In this document: in pieces, positions 54,225 to 62,718 of the stretch
Position numbering within the stretch: position 1 is the stretch's first letter
How the letters are laid out: every line of letters begins with the position of its first letter
Assembly: GCA_027493935.1 (NCBI GenBank)
Contig: JAOSJV010000011.1
Span: forward strand, 130,811 to 194,810
Length of the DNA stretch: 64,000 nucleotides
Source: Burkholderiales bacterium
GTDB taxonomy: Bacteria; Pseudomonadota; Gammaproteobacteria; Burkholderiales; SG8-39
Direction of reading: 5' to 3'
Made by a program: the position numbers and the translations under genes
Notes under the pieces: model-generated
Databases searched by the model: none
Seen by the model: the letters and a program-made list of their open reading frames with translations, nothing else
What the model was told of the DNA's origin: nothing

Positions 54225-55418
54225 ATGCTGTCGCTCGCCCGCCGCAGCCGCCACGGCATCAACGTCTGGCCGGCGTTCGTCGACGCGCTGGCCTCGATCC
54301 TGCTGGTGTTCATCTTCGTGCTGTTGATTTTCGTGTTCGGCTACCTCGTGCTGGGCGACACGCTCGCCGGGCGCAACCGGGCGCTCGCCGAACTCCAGGC
54401 GCAGGTGAATTCGCTCGCCGAGACGCTCGCGCTCGAGCGCAGGCAAAGCACGGAGCTGCGCGCGCAGCAGACAGAGCTCGAGACCCGCCTCGCGGCGACG
54501 CTCGCCGAGCGCGACCAGCTCGAGCAGGCGGCCAGCGCGGCGGCCGCGCGCGCCGAGGCGGGCGAGCGCGACGCGGCGGATCTGCGCGCGCGCCTCGAGG
54601 CCTCGACCGCCGCGACGGCCGCCGCCGAGGCGCGGCTCGCCGAGCGCGAACGCTCGCTCGCCGCCGTGCAGGGCGAGCGCGACGCGCTGCGCGAGCGGCG
54701 CGCGGAGGCCGAGCAGCGCATCTCGGATCTCGGCGTGATCGTCGAGAGCCGCGAGCGCGAGCTCTCGGCGACGCGCCAGCGCGAGAGCTCGCTCACGGCG
54801 CGCGTCGAGAAGCTGAACAGCGAGGTCGCCGCGCTGCGCGAGCAGCTCGCGCGGCTCGCCGCGACGCTCGAGGCGGCGGAAATGAAGGCGAAGGCGAAGG
54901 ACGTCGAGATCGCCGACCTCGGCCGGCGCCTCAACCTCGCACTCGCGCTGAAGGCCGACGAGCTGCAGCGCTACCGCTCGGAGTTCTTCGGCCGCCTGCG
55001 CGAGATCCTCGGCGACCATCCGAGCATCCGCATCGTCGGTGATCGCTTCGTGTTCCAGTCGGAGCTCCTCTTTCCGAGCGCCTCGGCCACGCTGACGCCT
55101 GACGGCGAGCGCCAGCTCGCACGGCTCGCGCAGACACTGAAGTCGGTCACCGACCGCATCCCGCCGGACATCCGCTGGATCCTGCGCGTCGACGGGCACA
55201 CCGACCGGCGGCCGATCCGCACCGAGCGGTTTCGGTCGAACTGGTCGCTCGCCACGGCGCGCGCGCTCTCGGTGGTCGAGTTCCTGATCGCCCAGGGCAT
55301 CGCCCCGGACCGGCTCGCCGCCGCCGGCTTCGGCGAGTTCCATCCGCTCGATCAGGGCAGCTCGCCGGAAGCGCTGGCGCGCAACCGGCGCATCGAGATC
55401 AAGCTCACCCAGCCCTGA
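54225..55418 (+). CDS. MotB/OmpA-family peptidoglycan-binding protein with a long coiled-coil linker
   Basis: Starts 8 nt after the preceding gene. MotB-type TM with Asp ('NVWPAFVDALASILLVFIFVLL'). ~230 aa of Ala/Glu/Arg/Leu coiled coil. C-terminal OmpA-like domain ('LRVDGHTDRRPI..SNWSLATARALSVVEFL..NRRIEIKL'). Confidence 0.8.
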   Translation: MLSLARRSRHGINVWPAFVDALASILLVFIFVLLIFVFGYLVLGDTLAGRNRALAELQAQVNSLAETLALERRQSTELRAQQTELETRLAATLAERDQLEQAASAAAARAEAGERDAADLRARLEASTAATAAAEARLAERERSLAAVQGERDALRERRAEAEQRISDLGVIVESRERELSATRQRESSLTARVEKLNSEVAALREQLARLAATLEAAEMKAKAKDVEIADLGRRLNLALALKADELQRYRSEFFGRLREILGDHPSIRIVGDRFVFQSELLFPSASATLTPDGERQLARLAQTLKSVTDRIPPDIRWILRVDGHTDRRPIRTERFRSNWSLATARALSVVEFLIAQGIAPDRLAAAGFGEFHPLDQGSSPEALARNRRIEIKLTQP

Positions 55419-55496
55419 GCTCGACCGTCGGCCGTTGGCTTGATCCGCCGTGCGGAGGCGTCAGCGGCTGCGCCCCGTCGGCACTTGCGCCCGCAC

Positions 55497-55600
55497 TCCC
55501 CTCCTCTCCGAGGGGTGGCCGCGCGAGCGGCCGGTGGTGGCGCCGAAGGCGCGGGGCCCGTCCTCTCCAAGGGGTGCCGGCGGGGTGGTGCGTGCGCCTC
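55497..55600. repeat. REP/BIME-like palindromic units, family B
   Basis: 'tcccctcctctccgagggg' + 'tggccgcgcgagcggccgg' + 'tggtggcgccgaaggcgcgggg' + 'cccgtcctctccaagggg..'. The layout is the same three-hairpin unit as the 62446 array. Confidence 0.6.
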
Positions 55601-55765
55601 GCGAAAGGGCCAGCCGCTGACGCCGGCACCGCCGAACTGCGCAGCGGTGGTGTTGAATCCTCGCGGCGCAAAGCGTGCCCGCGGGACGAGCCAGCCCGCC
55701 CTGCCGCACCAGGCCCGCGCCGCGCGCCGGCTCGCTTTGCCCTGAGCCGTCGTCCCCGGAGCGCG

Positions 55766-56755
55766 TCACACCACCCTGTTCCTGAGCACGCCGATCTTCT
55801 CCACCTCGAGCTCGACCAGGTCGCCGCGCCGGAGAAAGCGCATGTGCTCGAGCCCGCAGCCGTTGCCGACCGTGCCCGAGCCGAAGAACTCGCCCGCGCG
55901 CAGCGTCTCGGAGCGCGCGACGTGCGCGATGCAGTCCTCGAACTTCCAGTGCATGTCGGCGGAGGTGCCGCGGCCCCACTCTTCGCCGTTCACGCGCACC
56001 GCCATCGCGAGCGCGTACGGGTCCGGGATCTCGTCGGTGGTGACCAGGCACGGCCCCATCGCGTTCGCGTTGTCGAAGTCCTTGCCCTTGCCCGGCCCGG
56101 AGCTGGCCAGGCATCTCGAGCGTCTGCTCGTCGCGCGCCGAAAAGTCGTTGAAGATCGTGTAGCCGAAGATGTGGCCGCGCGCCTGCCCGCGCGGGATGT
56201 CCTTGCCCGGCCGGCCGATGTAGCAGCCGAACTCGAGCTCGAAGTCGAACACCTCGGAGTAGCTCGGCCGGGGCACGTCCGCGCCCGGTCCGCACACGGC
56301 GAAGCGGCTCAGGTGGTAGTAGATCGGCCGCTCGTACCAGGTCTGCGGCACCGCGAGGATGCCGCGCGCCTCCATGTCGCGCAGCGCCTGCTCGGGATCG
56401 GGCGCGCTGCGCGCGCGCAGCTTGCGCGCCGCCTGGAATGCCTGCACGAGGTGCTTCTCGAAGCACAGGAAATCGCGCATCTGCGGCGGATCGGGGATCG
56501 GCGCGAGCAGCCGCACGCGCTTCGCCGGCACGAGCGCGCCGGCGCGCGCGCGGCCCCGGCCACCAGCTCGCGCGCGAGCTCCAGGGCGGACGCGCCTCCC
56601 GCGGCGATCGCGAGCACGCTCGCGAGCTGCGGCGAGCTCCTGCGATGGCGCGCGCGGTACGCGGCCTGCAGGTCGACGACCTGCGCATCGCCGTCGACGA
56701 GCGCGCCGGCGAGCGGCCGCGCGCCGCGGCGGCGCACGAAGGTAACGAGCCGCAT
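55766..56755 (-). CDS. fumarylacetoacetate hydrolase (FAH) family protein, two frameshifts in this sequence
   Basis: ATG at 56755 follows GGAGGGA (MRLVTFV). Three minus ORFs carry successive parts: '...ELVAG' | 'ALVPAKRVRLLAPIPDPPQMRDF...FGYTIFNDFSARDEQTLEMPGQL' | 'GPGKGKDFDNANAMGPCLVT...GTVGNGCGLE'. The breaks are at ~56554-56557 and ~56098. Confidence 0.85.
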
Positions 56756-56865
56756 TGCGTCCCTCCAGCGAGCCGGCGCTTTGTCAATGCGCCGCAGGCT
56801 GAATATACTTCCGCCCGGACGGGCGCGCTTGCACCGTGCCACGACACCCAAGGGAGGAAACATCG

Positions 56866-57948
56866 ATGAATTCACGGCCCCTGGCGGCGGCGGTCCGCGC
56901 GACCGCCGTCGCAATCACATTGCTCGCGTTCGTCGCGCCCGGTACGGCGCGTGCCCAGGAAACGATCAAGCTCACCGTCGCGGCCGGCCACCCGCCGATC
57001 TTCCTGTGGGTGAAGCACATCCGCGAAACGTTCATGACGACGGTGGACGCCGAGCTCGCCAAGAGCGGCAGGCACAAGATCGCGTGGAACGAGGCCTACG
57101 GCGGCACGCTGGCGAAGATCGGCAGCGAGCTCGAGACGATGCAGCAGGGCATCTCCGACATGGGCCTCGTGGCGACCGTCTTCCATCCGGCGAAGATGCC
57201 GCTCAACAACGTCACGTATTTCGTGCCGTTCGGTCCGCCCGACGCCAACGTGGTCACCCAGGCGATCGACTACGTGCAGGGCCTGCCCGAGCTCACGGCG
57301 GAGTGGAGCAAGTACAACGTCGTCTACCTCGCGGGCTTCTCGATCGACAACTACGCCCTGGTCAGCAAGGCGCCGGTGGGCACGGTCGCCGACCTCAAGG
57401 GCCGCAAGTTCGGCGGGGCCGGGCCGAACCTCAACTGGATCAAGAACACCGGGGCGGTCGGCGTGCAGGGCAGCCTGAACACCTTCTACAACGACATCAA
57501 GACCGGGGTCTACGACGGAGTGGTGATCTTCGTCACCGCGGCGGTGCCGGCGAAGCTGTTCGAGGTGGCGCCGTACTACACGCGCACCGACTTCGGCGCC
57601 ATGTACGCCGGCGCCGTGGCGATCAACCGGAACCGCTGGAACGCGCTGCCGGCCGAGGTGAAGTCCGCGTTCCGCAGGGGTGCGAACGCCTACAAGGCCG
57701 CCTATCTCGCCGAGCAGACCGCCCGCATCGACGCCTCCTACGCGGCCTGGCGCAAGGCCGGCGGCACGGTCGCCGAGCTGTCCGCCGCCGAGCGCGCCAG
57801 GCTCGTCAAGGCGATCCCGAACCCCGCGAAGGAGTGGGTCAAGCAGGCGAAGGCGCGAGGCCTGCCAGCGGACAAGGTGCTCAAGGCCTACATGGACTCG
57901 GTGCGCGCGACCGGTTTCAAGTTCGCGCGCGACTTCGACAGGGAATAG
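56866..57948 (+). CDS. TRAP transporter substrate-binding protein (DctP-like)
   Basis: ATG at 56866 follows GGGAGGAAA. Signal peptide '...AFVAPGTARAQ'. ~330-aa mature domain, followed by the small and large TRAP permeases. Confidence 0.8.
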   Translation: MNSRPLAAAVRATAVAITLLAFVAPGTARAQETIKLTVAAGHPPIFLWVKHIRETFMTTVDAELAKSGRHKIAWNEAYGGTLAKIGSELETMQQGISDMGLVATVFHPAKMPLNNVTYFVPFGPPDANVVTQAIDYVQGLPELTAEWSKYNVVYLAGFSIDNYALVSKAPVGTVADLKGRKFGGAGPNLNWIKNTGAVGVQGSLNTFYNDIKTGVYDGVVIFVTAAVPAKLFEVAPYYTRTDFGAMYAGAVAINRNRWNALPAEVKSAFRRGANAYKAAYLAEQTARIDASYAAWRKAGGTVAELSAAERARLVKAIPNPAKEWVKQAKARGLPADKVLKAYMDSVRATGFKFARDFDRE

Positions 57949-57982
57949 CGCGCGGCGCAAGCGCGGCGCGAGCCGTTCGACG

Positions 57983-58498
57983 ATGAGCCGTCCCGGGTTC
58001 GGCTGGCTCACGCAAGCGTTCTCGGCGGTCGGCACCGCCTGGATCTTTTTCCTGATGGTGCTGATCTGCGCCGACGTGATCGGGCGCGGCGCGCTCGCGC
58101 GCCCGATTCTCGGCGTGCCGGAGATGGTGCAGTTCTCCATCGTCGGGATCGTGTTCCTGCAGCTTCCCGAGACGCTGCGCGCGGGCGGCCTGACCCGCTC
58201 GGACGCGCTGCTCGGCCGGCTGCTCGCGCGGCGGCCGCGCGCCGGGCACCTGCTCGAGCTCGCCTACCACCTGGTCGGCGCGGCGCTCTTCGCGGTCGTC
58301 CTCGTCACCACCTGGCCGCTCATGGTGCAGGCGTACCGGGACGGCGACTTCTACGGCTCGACCGGCGTGGTGCAGATTCCGACCTGGCCGCTCAAGGCGA
58401 TCATCCTCGCCGGCTGCGGCGCGATGGTGGCGCAGTTCGCGCTGCTCGCCTGGCGCGACCTTGCGCGCGTGCGCGGAGCGGCGGTCGACGGAGCGTAG
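57983..58498 (+). CDS. TRAP transporter small permease (DctQ-like)
   Basis: ATG at 57983. 171 aa, four TM segments ('AWIFFLMVLICADVIGR'). Confidence 0.8.
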   Translation: MSRPGFGWLTQAFSAVGTAWIFFLMVLICADVIGRGALARPILGVPEMVQFSIVGIVFLQLPETLRAGGLTRSDALLGRLLARRPRAGHLLELAYHLVGAALFAVVLVTTWPLMVQAYRDGDFYGSTGVVQIPTWPLKAIILAGCGAMVAQFALLAWRDLARVRGAAVDGA

Positions 58499-59818
58499 GT
58501 GAGCAGCACCGCGATCGGGATTGCTTCCGTCGCCTGCATGCTGCTCCTCATCTGGGGCGGCATGCACGTCGGCGTCGCGCTCGCAGCGCTCTCCTTCGTC
58601 GGCGTATGGCTGATCCGCGGCGACGCCGGCGTCGCCGCCAACCTGCTCGCCCTGGCCGTGAACGACGTGATCGCCGACTACGTCTTCGGCGTCGTGCCGC
58701 TGTTCGTGCTGATGGGGCTGCTGGTGAGCGTCGCCGACATCGGCCGCGAGACGTTCGAGGTCGCGAACCATTTCTTCCGGCGCGTGCGCGGCGGCCTGGG
58801 CATCGCCACCGTCGCGGCAAACGCGGTATTCGCCGCGATCACCGGGATCTCGATCGCCTCGGCCGCGGTGTTCACCAAGGTCGCGGTGCCCGAGATGCTG
58901 CGCCACGGCTACACGCCGCGCTTCGCGGTCGGCGTGGTCGCCGGCTCGTCGGTGCTCGGCATGCTGATCCCGCCGAGCCTGCTCCTGATCCTGTACGGCG
59001 TGATCACCGAGCGCTCGATCGGGGATCTGTTCATCGCCGGCATCCTCCCCGGCATCGTGCTCGCCGTCGCGTTCGGCATCGGCATCCTCGCCATGGGACG
59101 CTGGTTTCCGCGCTACGTGGGCGGCCATCGGCCGGAGTCCGCCGAGGCCGCCGCGCCGCGCCTCTCGCCGGCGACGATGGTCGCGCGGCTCGTCCCGGTG
59201 ATCGCGCTCGTCGCGCTCGTGCTCGGCGGGCTGTACGGCGGGCTCTTCACGCCGACCGAGGCGGGCGCGGTCGGCGCCGCGGGCGCGCTCGTGCTGGCGG
59301 CGGCCAAGCGGCGCCTCACCCCGGACGCGCTCTGGAAGGTGCTGGTCGAGACCGGGCACATCACCGCCGCGATCTGCTTCCTGATCATCGCGGCGAGCGT
59401 CTACTCGCGCATGCTCGCCGTGTCGGGGGTGACCGACTTCCTCGCCACCGCGATCGTCGAGTCCGGGCTCGGCCAGGCGGGCTTCATCGCGCTCTTCGTG
59501 CTCGTCGTCATCGCGCTCGGCACGATTCTCGACTCGAGCTCGATCCTGCTCGTCACCGTGCCGCTCGCGCTGCCTGCGCTCGCCGGCTTCGGTGTCGACC
59601 TCGTCTGGTTCGGCATCGTGACCCTGATCGCGGTGGAGATCGGCCTGCTCACCCCGCCGTTCGGCATCGCGGTGTTCGTGATCAAGGCGACGCTCGGCAA
59701 GGAGAGCCCGATCACGCTCGGCGAGATCTTCGCCGGCGCGGCGCCGTTCGCGGCGATCATGGCCGCCGTGCTGGTGCTGGTGATCCTCTATCCGCCGCTC
59801 GCGACCGCGCTGCTGTAA
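58499..59818 (+). CDS. TRAP transporter large permease (DctM-like)
   Basis: 439-aa polytopic protein. The GTG start abuts the dctQ-like stop. 'VPLFVLMG', 'ITGISIASAAVF' and 'LLILYG' are DctM-like. Confidence 0.9.
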   Translation: MSSTAIGIASVACMLLLIWGGMHVGVALAALSFVGVWLIRGDAGVAANLLALAVNDVIADYVFGVVPLFVLMGLLVSVADIGRETFEVANHFFRRVRGGLGIATVAANAVFAAITGISIASAAVFTKVAVPEMLRHGYTPRFAVGVVAGSSVLGMLIPPSLLLILYGVITERSIGDLFIAGILPGIVLAVAFGIGILAMGRWFPRYVGGHRPESAEAAAPRLSPATMVARLVPVIALVALVLGGLYGGLFTPTEAGAVGAAGALVLAAAKRRLTPDALWKVLVETGHITAAICFLIIAASVYSRMLAVSGVTDFLATAIVESGLGQAGFIALFVLVVIALGTILDSSSILLVTVPLALPALAGFGVDLVWFGIVTLIAVEIGLLTPPFGIAVFVIKATLGKESPITLGEIFAGAAPFAAIMAAVLVLVILYPPLATALL

Positions 59819-59855
59819 CCTTCCCGATCCGCTCCCCCACCACTGCGAGGCGACC

Positions 59856-60545
59856 ATGATCTGGAGAGTGCGCAGAGTCGTCACCGGCCACACCGCCGGT
59901 GGCAAGTCGACGTTCATCATCGACGGGCAGGCGCCGAACGTAATGGAAATGAAGTCGATGCCCGGGCTCGCCCTGACCGACCTGTGGGAGACCACGCGCG
60001 CGCCGGCCTCGAACGCGGGCGACGCCGACGCCGCCGCGCGCGCGGTGCGCCTCGAGCCGCCGCGCGCCGGCACGATCGTGCGCATCGTCGAGTTCCCGCC
60101 CGACGCCATGTGGCGCGGACGCGCGGACGCGCGCGAGGCGTTCGAGTCGATCCAGGCCGCGCACGCGCCGGACGCGTCGTCGCACGATCCGATGATGCAC
60201 AAGACGAACACCGTCGACTACATCATCGTGCTGCGCGGCGAGATCGTCGCCATCATGGACATCGGCGAGACCCTGCTCAAGGCGGGCGACGTGCTGATCC
60301 AGCGCGGCACCAACCACTCCTGGAGCGTGCGCGGGAACGAGCCGTGCGTCATCGCGGCGGTGCTGGTGTCGGCCGACCCGCTCGGCGGTCGGGCCGCGAA
60401 ACGCGAGCCGCAGCACGCCGCGCGGGGCGCGATGAAGCGGGCGGCGCGCAAACCGGCGAGGCGGCCCGCCGCGCGCAAAGCGGCGAAGCGCGCGGCGCCG
60501 CGCAAGAAGGCGTCAGGGAAGGCTGCCGCACGCAAGCGGCGCTGA
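59856..60545 (+). CDS. cupin-domain protein with a Lys/Arg/Ala-rich histone-H1-like C-terminal tail
   Basis: Cupin barrel 'HKTNTVDYIIVLRGEIVAIMDIGETLLKAGDVLIQRGTNHSW'. The last ~45 aa are 'KRAARKPARRPAARKAAKRAAPRKKASGKAAARKRR'. Confidence 0.7.
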   Translation: MIWRVRRVVTGHTAGGKSTFIIDGQAPNVMEMKSMPGLALTDLWETTRAPASNAGDADAAARAVRLEPPRAGTIVRIVEFPPDAMWRGRADAREAFESIQAAHAPDASSHDPMMHKTNTVDYIIVLRGEIVAIMDIGETLLKAGDVLIQRGTNHSWSVRGNEPCVIAAVLVSADPLGGRAAKREPQHAARGAMKRAARKPARRPAARKAAKRAAPRKKASGKAAARKRR

Positions 60546-60580
60546 GGACCCGGGCGACGGCAACACAGCGGAGGCGCAAG

Positions 60581-61408
60581 ATGACGCGACGGTTCGTCGA
60601 CCTTTCGATCTACCTCGAGAACGACGTGAAGTCGGACCCGGCGCCGTTCGGGCCGAAGATCGAGTACTTCGACCACGAGAAGACCTACGGCCAGATGGCG
60701 CCGTTCTTCCCCGGCCTGAAGAAGGAGGATCTGCCCGACGGCGCGGCCTGGGCGATCGAGCGAATCGAGCTCGTCACGCACAACGGCACGCACCTCGACG
60801 CACCCTTCCACTTCCACCCGACCATGAACCGCGGCGAGCGCGCGATCACGATCGACGAGGTGCCGCTCGAGTGGTGCTTCCAGCCCGGCGTGAAGCTCGA
60901 CTTTCGCGGCCTGCCCGACGGCTGCGTCGCGACCGCGGCCGACGTCGAGCGCGAGCTCGCGCGCATCGGCCACGCGCTGAAACCGCTCGAGATCGTGGTG
61001 GTGAACACCCGCGCGGGCGGCCGCTACGGCAACGACGACTACGTGAGCGCGGGCTGCGGCATGGGCTACGAGGCGACCATGTACCTCCTCGAGCGCGGCG
61101 TGCGCCTCACCGGCACCGACGCCTGGAGCTGGGACGCGCCGTTCGTCTACACCGCCGAGAAGTACCGGCAGACCGGCGACGCCGCGCTCATCTGGGAGGG
61201 ACACAAGGCCGGGCGCCACATCGGCTATTGCCACCTCGAGAAGCTGCACAACCTGGAGGCGCTGCCTGCCGACGGCTTCGTGATCGCGTGCTTCCCGCAC
61301 AAGATCCGCGGCGCGTCGGCCGGCTGGACGCGCGCGGTCGCGATCTTCGACGACGCACTGCTCGAATCCACGGAGCGCGAGCGCGCGGCGCTCGCGGCCC
61401 GCGGATGA
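60581..61408 (+). CDS. putative cyclase / kynurenine-formamidase-like metal hydrolase
   Basis: ATG at 60581. 'LVTHNGTHLDAPFHF' is the HxGTHxDxPxH cyclase-family motif. Confidence 0.8.
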   Translation: MTRRFVDLSIYLENDVKSDPAPFGPKIEYFDHEKTYGQMAPFFPGLKKEDLPDGAAWAIERIELVTHNGTHLDAPFHFHPTMNRGERAITIDEVPLEWCFQPGVKLDFRGLPDGCVATAADVERELARIGHALKPLEIVVVNTRAGGRYGNDDYVSAGCGMGYEATMYLLERGVRLTGTDAWSWDAPFVYTAEKYRQTGDAALIWEGHKAGRHIGYCHLEKLHNLEALPADGFVIACFPHKIRGASAGWTRAVAIFDDALLESTERERAALAARG

Positions 61409-62433
61409 GCGCCGGGCCGAACCCGCTCGACGGCTTCTCCGTCGATCGCGCGGCGATCGGCTACGTCGGGCGCGACCTGCAACGTCCCGAGTGCATCCTC
61501 GCCGAGCCGGACGGCACGCTGTGGGCGGCCGATGCGCGCGGCGGCGTGATGCGCATCGCCCCGGACGGCACGCAGACGCTCATCACGCAGCAGTCGAACG
61601 CGCGCTTCGGCGCGACCGGCGACTTCGAGGCGCGCTTCACCCAGGGCACGCTGCCGAACGGACTTGCGTTCGCCGCGAACGGCGACATCCTGATCGCGAA
61701 CTTCGGCACCGACGCGCTCGAGGTGATGACGCGCGACGGGCGAACGCGAACGCTGTACGACTCGATCGACGGCAAGCCGATCGGCAAGGTGAACTTCGTC
61801 CTGCGCGATTCGCGCGACCGGCTGTGGCTCACGATTTCGACCCGGGTCAACCCGTGGACCGCCGCGATCAAGCCGGGGATCACCGACGGCTACGTGGCGC
61901 TCGCCGACGCGCGCGGCCTGCGGGTGGTGGCCGAGGGCTTCGCGTTCACCAACGAGGTGCGGATGGACGCGAACGAGGAGTGGCTGTACATCGTCGAGAC
62001 GACCGGCAAGCGGATCTCGCGGATGCGCGTGGGCGCCGACGGCAGCCTGCGCGATCGCGAGGTGTTCGGCCCCGAGCCGCTCGGCGAGGGTTTCCCCGAC
62101 GGCATCGCGTTCGACGCCTACGGCAACCTCTGGTGCACGATGGTCATGGCGGACCGGCTGATCGCGATCACGCCGCAGGGCGAGGCGCGCGTGCTGCTCG
62201 ACGACTGCGACGTCGCGGCGACCGCCGCGCTCGAGGCGAAGTTCGCGCGCGGCGAGGCGACCACCGAGGACATGCAGCGCGCGAAAGGCACCATCGCGCC
62301 CTGGATGGCGAGCGTGACCTTCGGCGGCCGCGACCTCCGCACGGCGTACATCGGCAGCCTGGTCGGAACGCGCATTCCGTACTTCACCTCGCCCGTGCCC
62401 GGTCTGCCGATGGCGCACTGGCGGCCACGCTAG
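61405..62433 (+). CDS. SMP-30/gluconolactonase/LRE-family beta-propeller protein
   Basis: ATG at 61405 overlaps the preceding stop (ATGA). 'PECILAEPDGTLWAAD', 'PNGLAFAANGDILIAN' and 'PDGIAFDAYGNLW' are typical blades. Confidence 0.8.
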   Translation: MSAGPNPLDGFSVDRAAIGYVGRDLQRPECILAEPDGTLWAADARGGVMRIAPDGTQTLITQQSNARFGATGDFEARFTQGTLPNGLAFAANGDILIANFGTDALEVMTRDGRTRTLYDSIDGKPIGKVNFVLRDSRDRLWLTISTRVNPWTAAIKPGITDGYVALADARGLRVVAEGFAFTNEVRMDANEEWLYIVETTGKRISRMRVGADGSLRDREVFGPEPLGEGFPDGIAFDAYGNLWCTMVMADRLIAITPQGEARVLLDDCDVAATAALEAKFARGEATTEDMQRAKGTIAPWMASVTFGGRDLRTAYIGSLVGTRIPYFTSPVPGLPMAHWRPR

Positions 62434-62445
62434 CCCGGGCGAGTT

Positions 62446-62622
62446 CCCCTCCTCCCCGAGGAGGGGTGGCCGCGCAAGCGGCCGGGGTGGTGGCGCCGAA
62501 GGCGCGGGGCCCCTCCTCCCCGAGGAGGGGTGGCCGCGCAAGCGGCCGGGGTGGTGGCGCCGAAGGCGCGGGGCCCTCCTCCCCGAGGAAGGGTGGCCGC
62601 GCAAGCGGCCGGGGTGGTGGGG
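62446..62622. repeat. tandem array of three family-B REP/BIME-like units (64-nt period)
   Basis: 62446-62509 and 62510-62573 are identical 64-mers. The third copy is shortened and carries two differences. Each unit has hairpin 1 cccctcc-tccccga-ggagggg, hairpin 2 ggccgc-gcaa-gcggcc (GNRA loop) and hairpin 3 gcgcc-gaa-ggcgc. Confidence 0.85.
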
Positions 62623-62718
62623 AGCGTCGCATAGCGGAGACGCAGCAACCAACCCTGCGCGCTTGCGCGCGGCACCCTCCGTGAAAAGGAGGGGATTGGC
62701 GTGCTGCGGCGCGCCGCG

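Noticed and set aside
53086-55418. Zorya anti-phage system (ZorA/ZorB)
   Set aside because: The MotA-like protein is about half the size of ZorA. No ZorC/ZorD, ZorE or other helicase or nuclease partner follows the pair; the next features are repeats and a catabolic module. I kept it as an uncharacterised stator-like pair instead.
62446-62622. Possible CRISPR array
   Set aside because: The repeats are directly contiguous with no unique spacers. The unit is 64 nt with three internal hairpins, related single units are scattered at other loci, and no cas genes are present. It is a REP/BIME-like tandem, not CRISPR.
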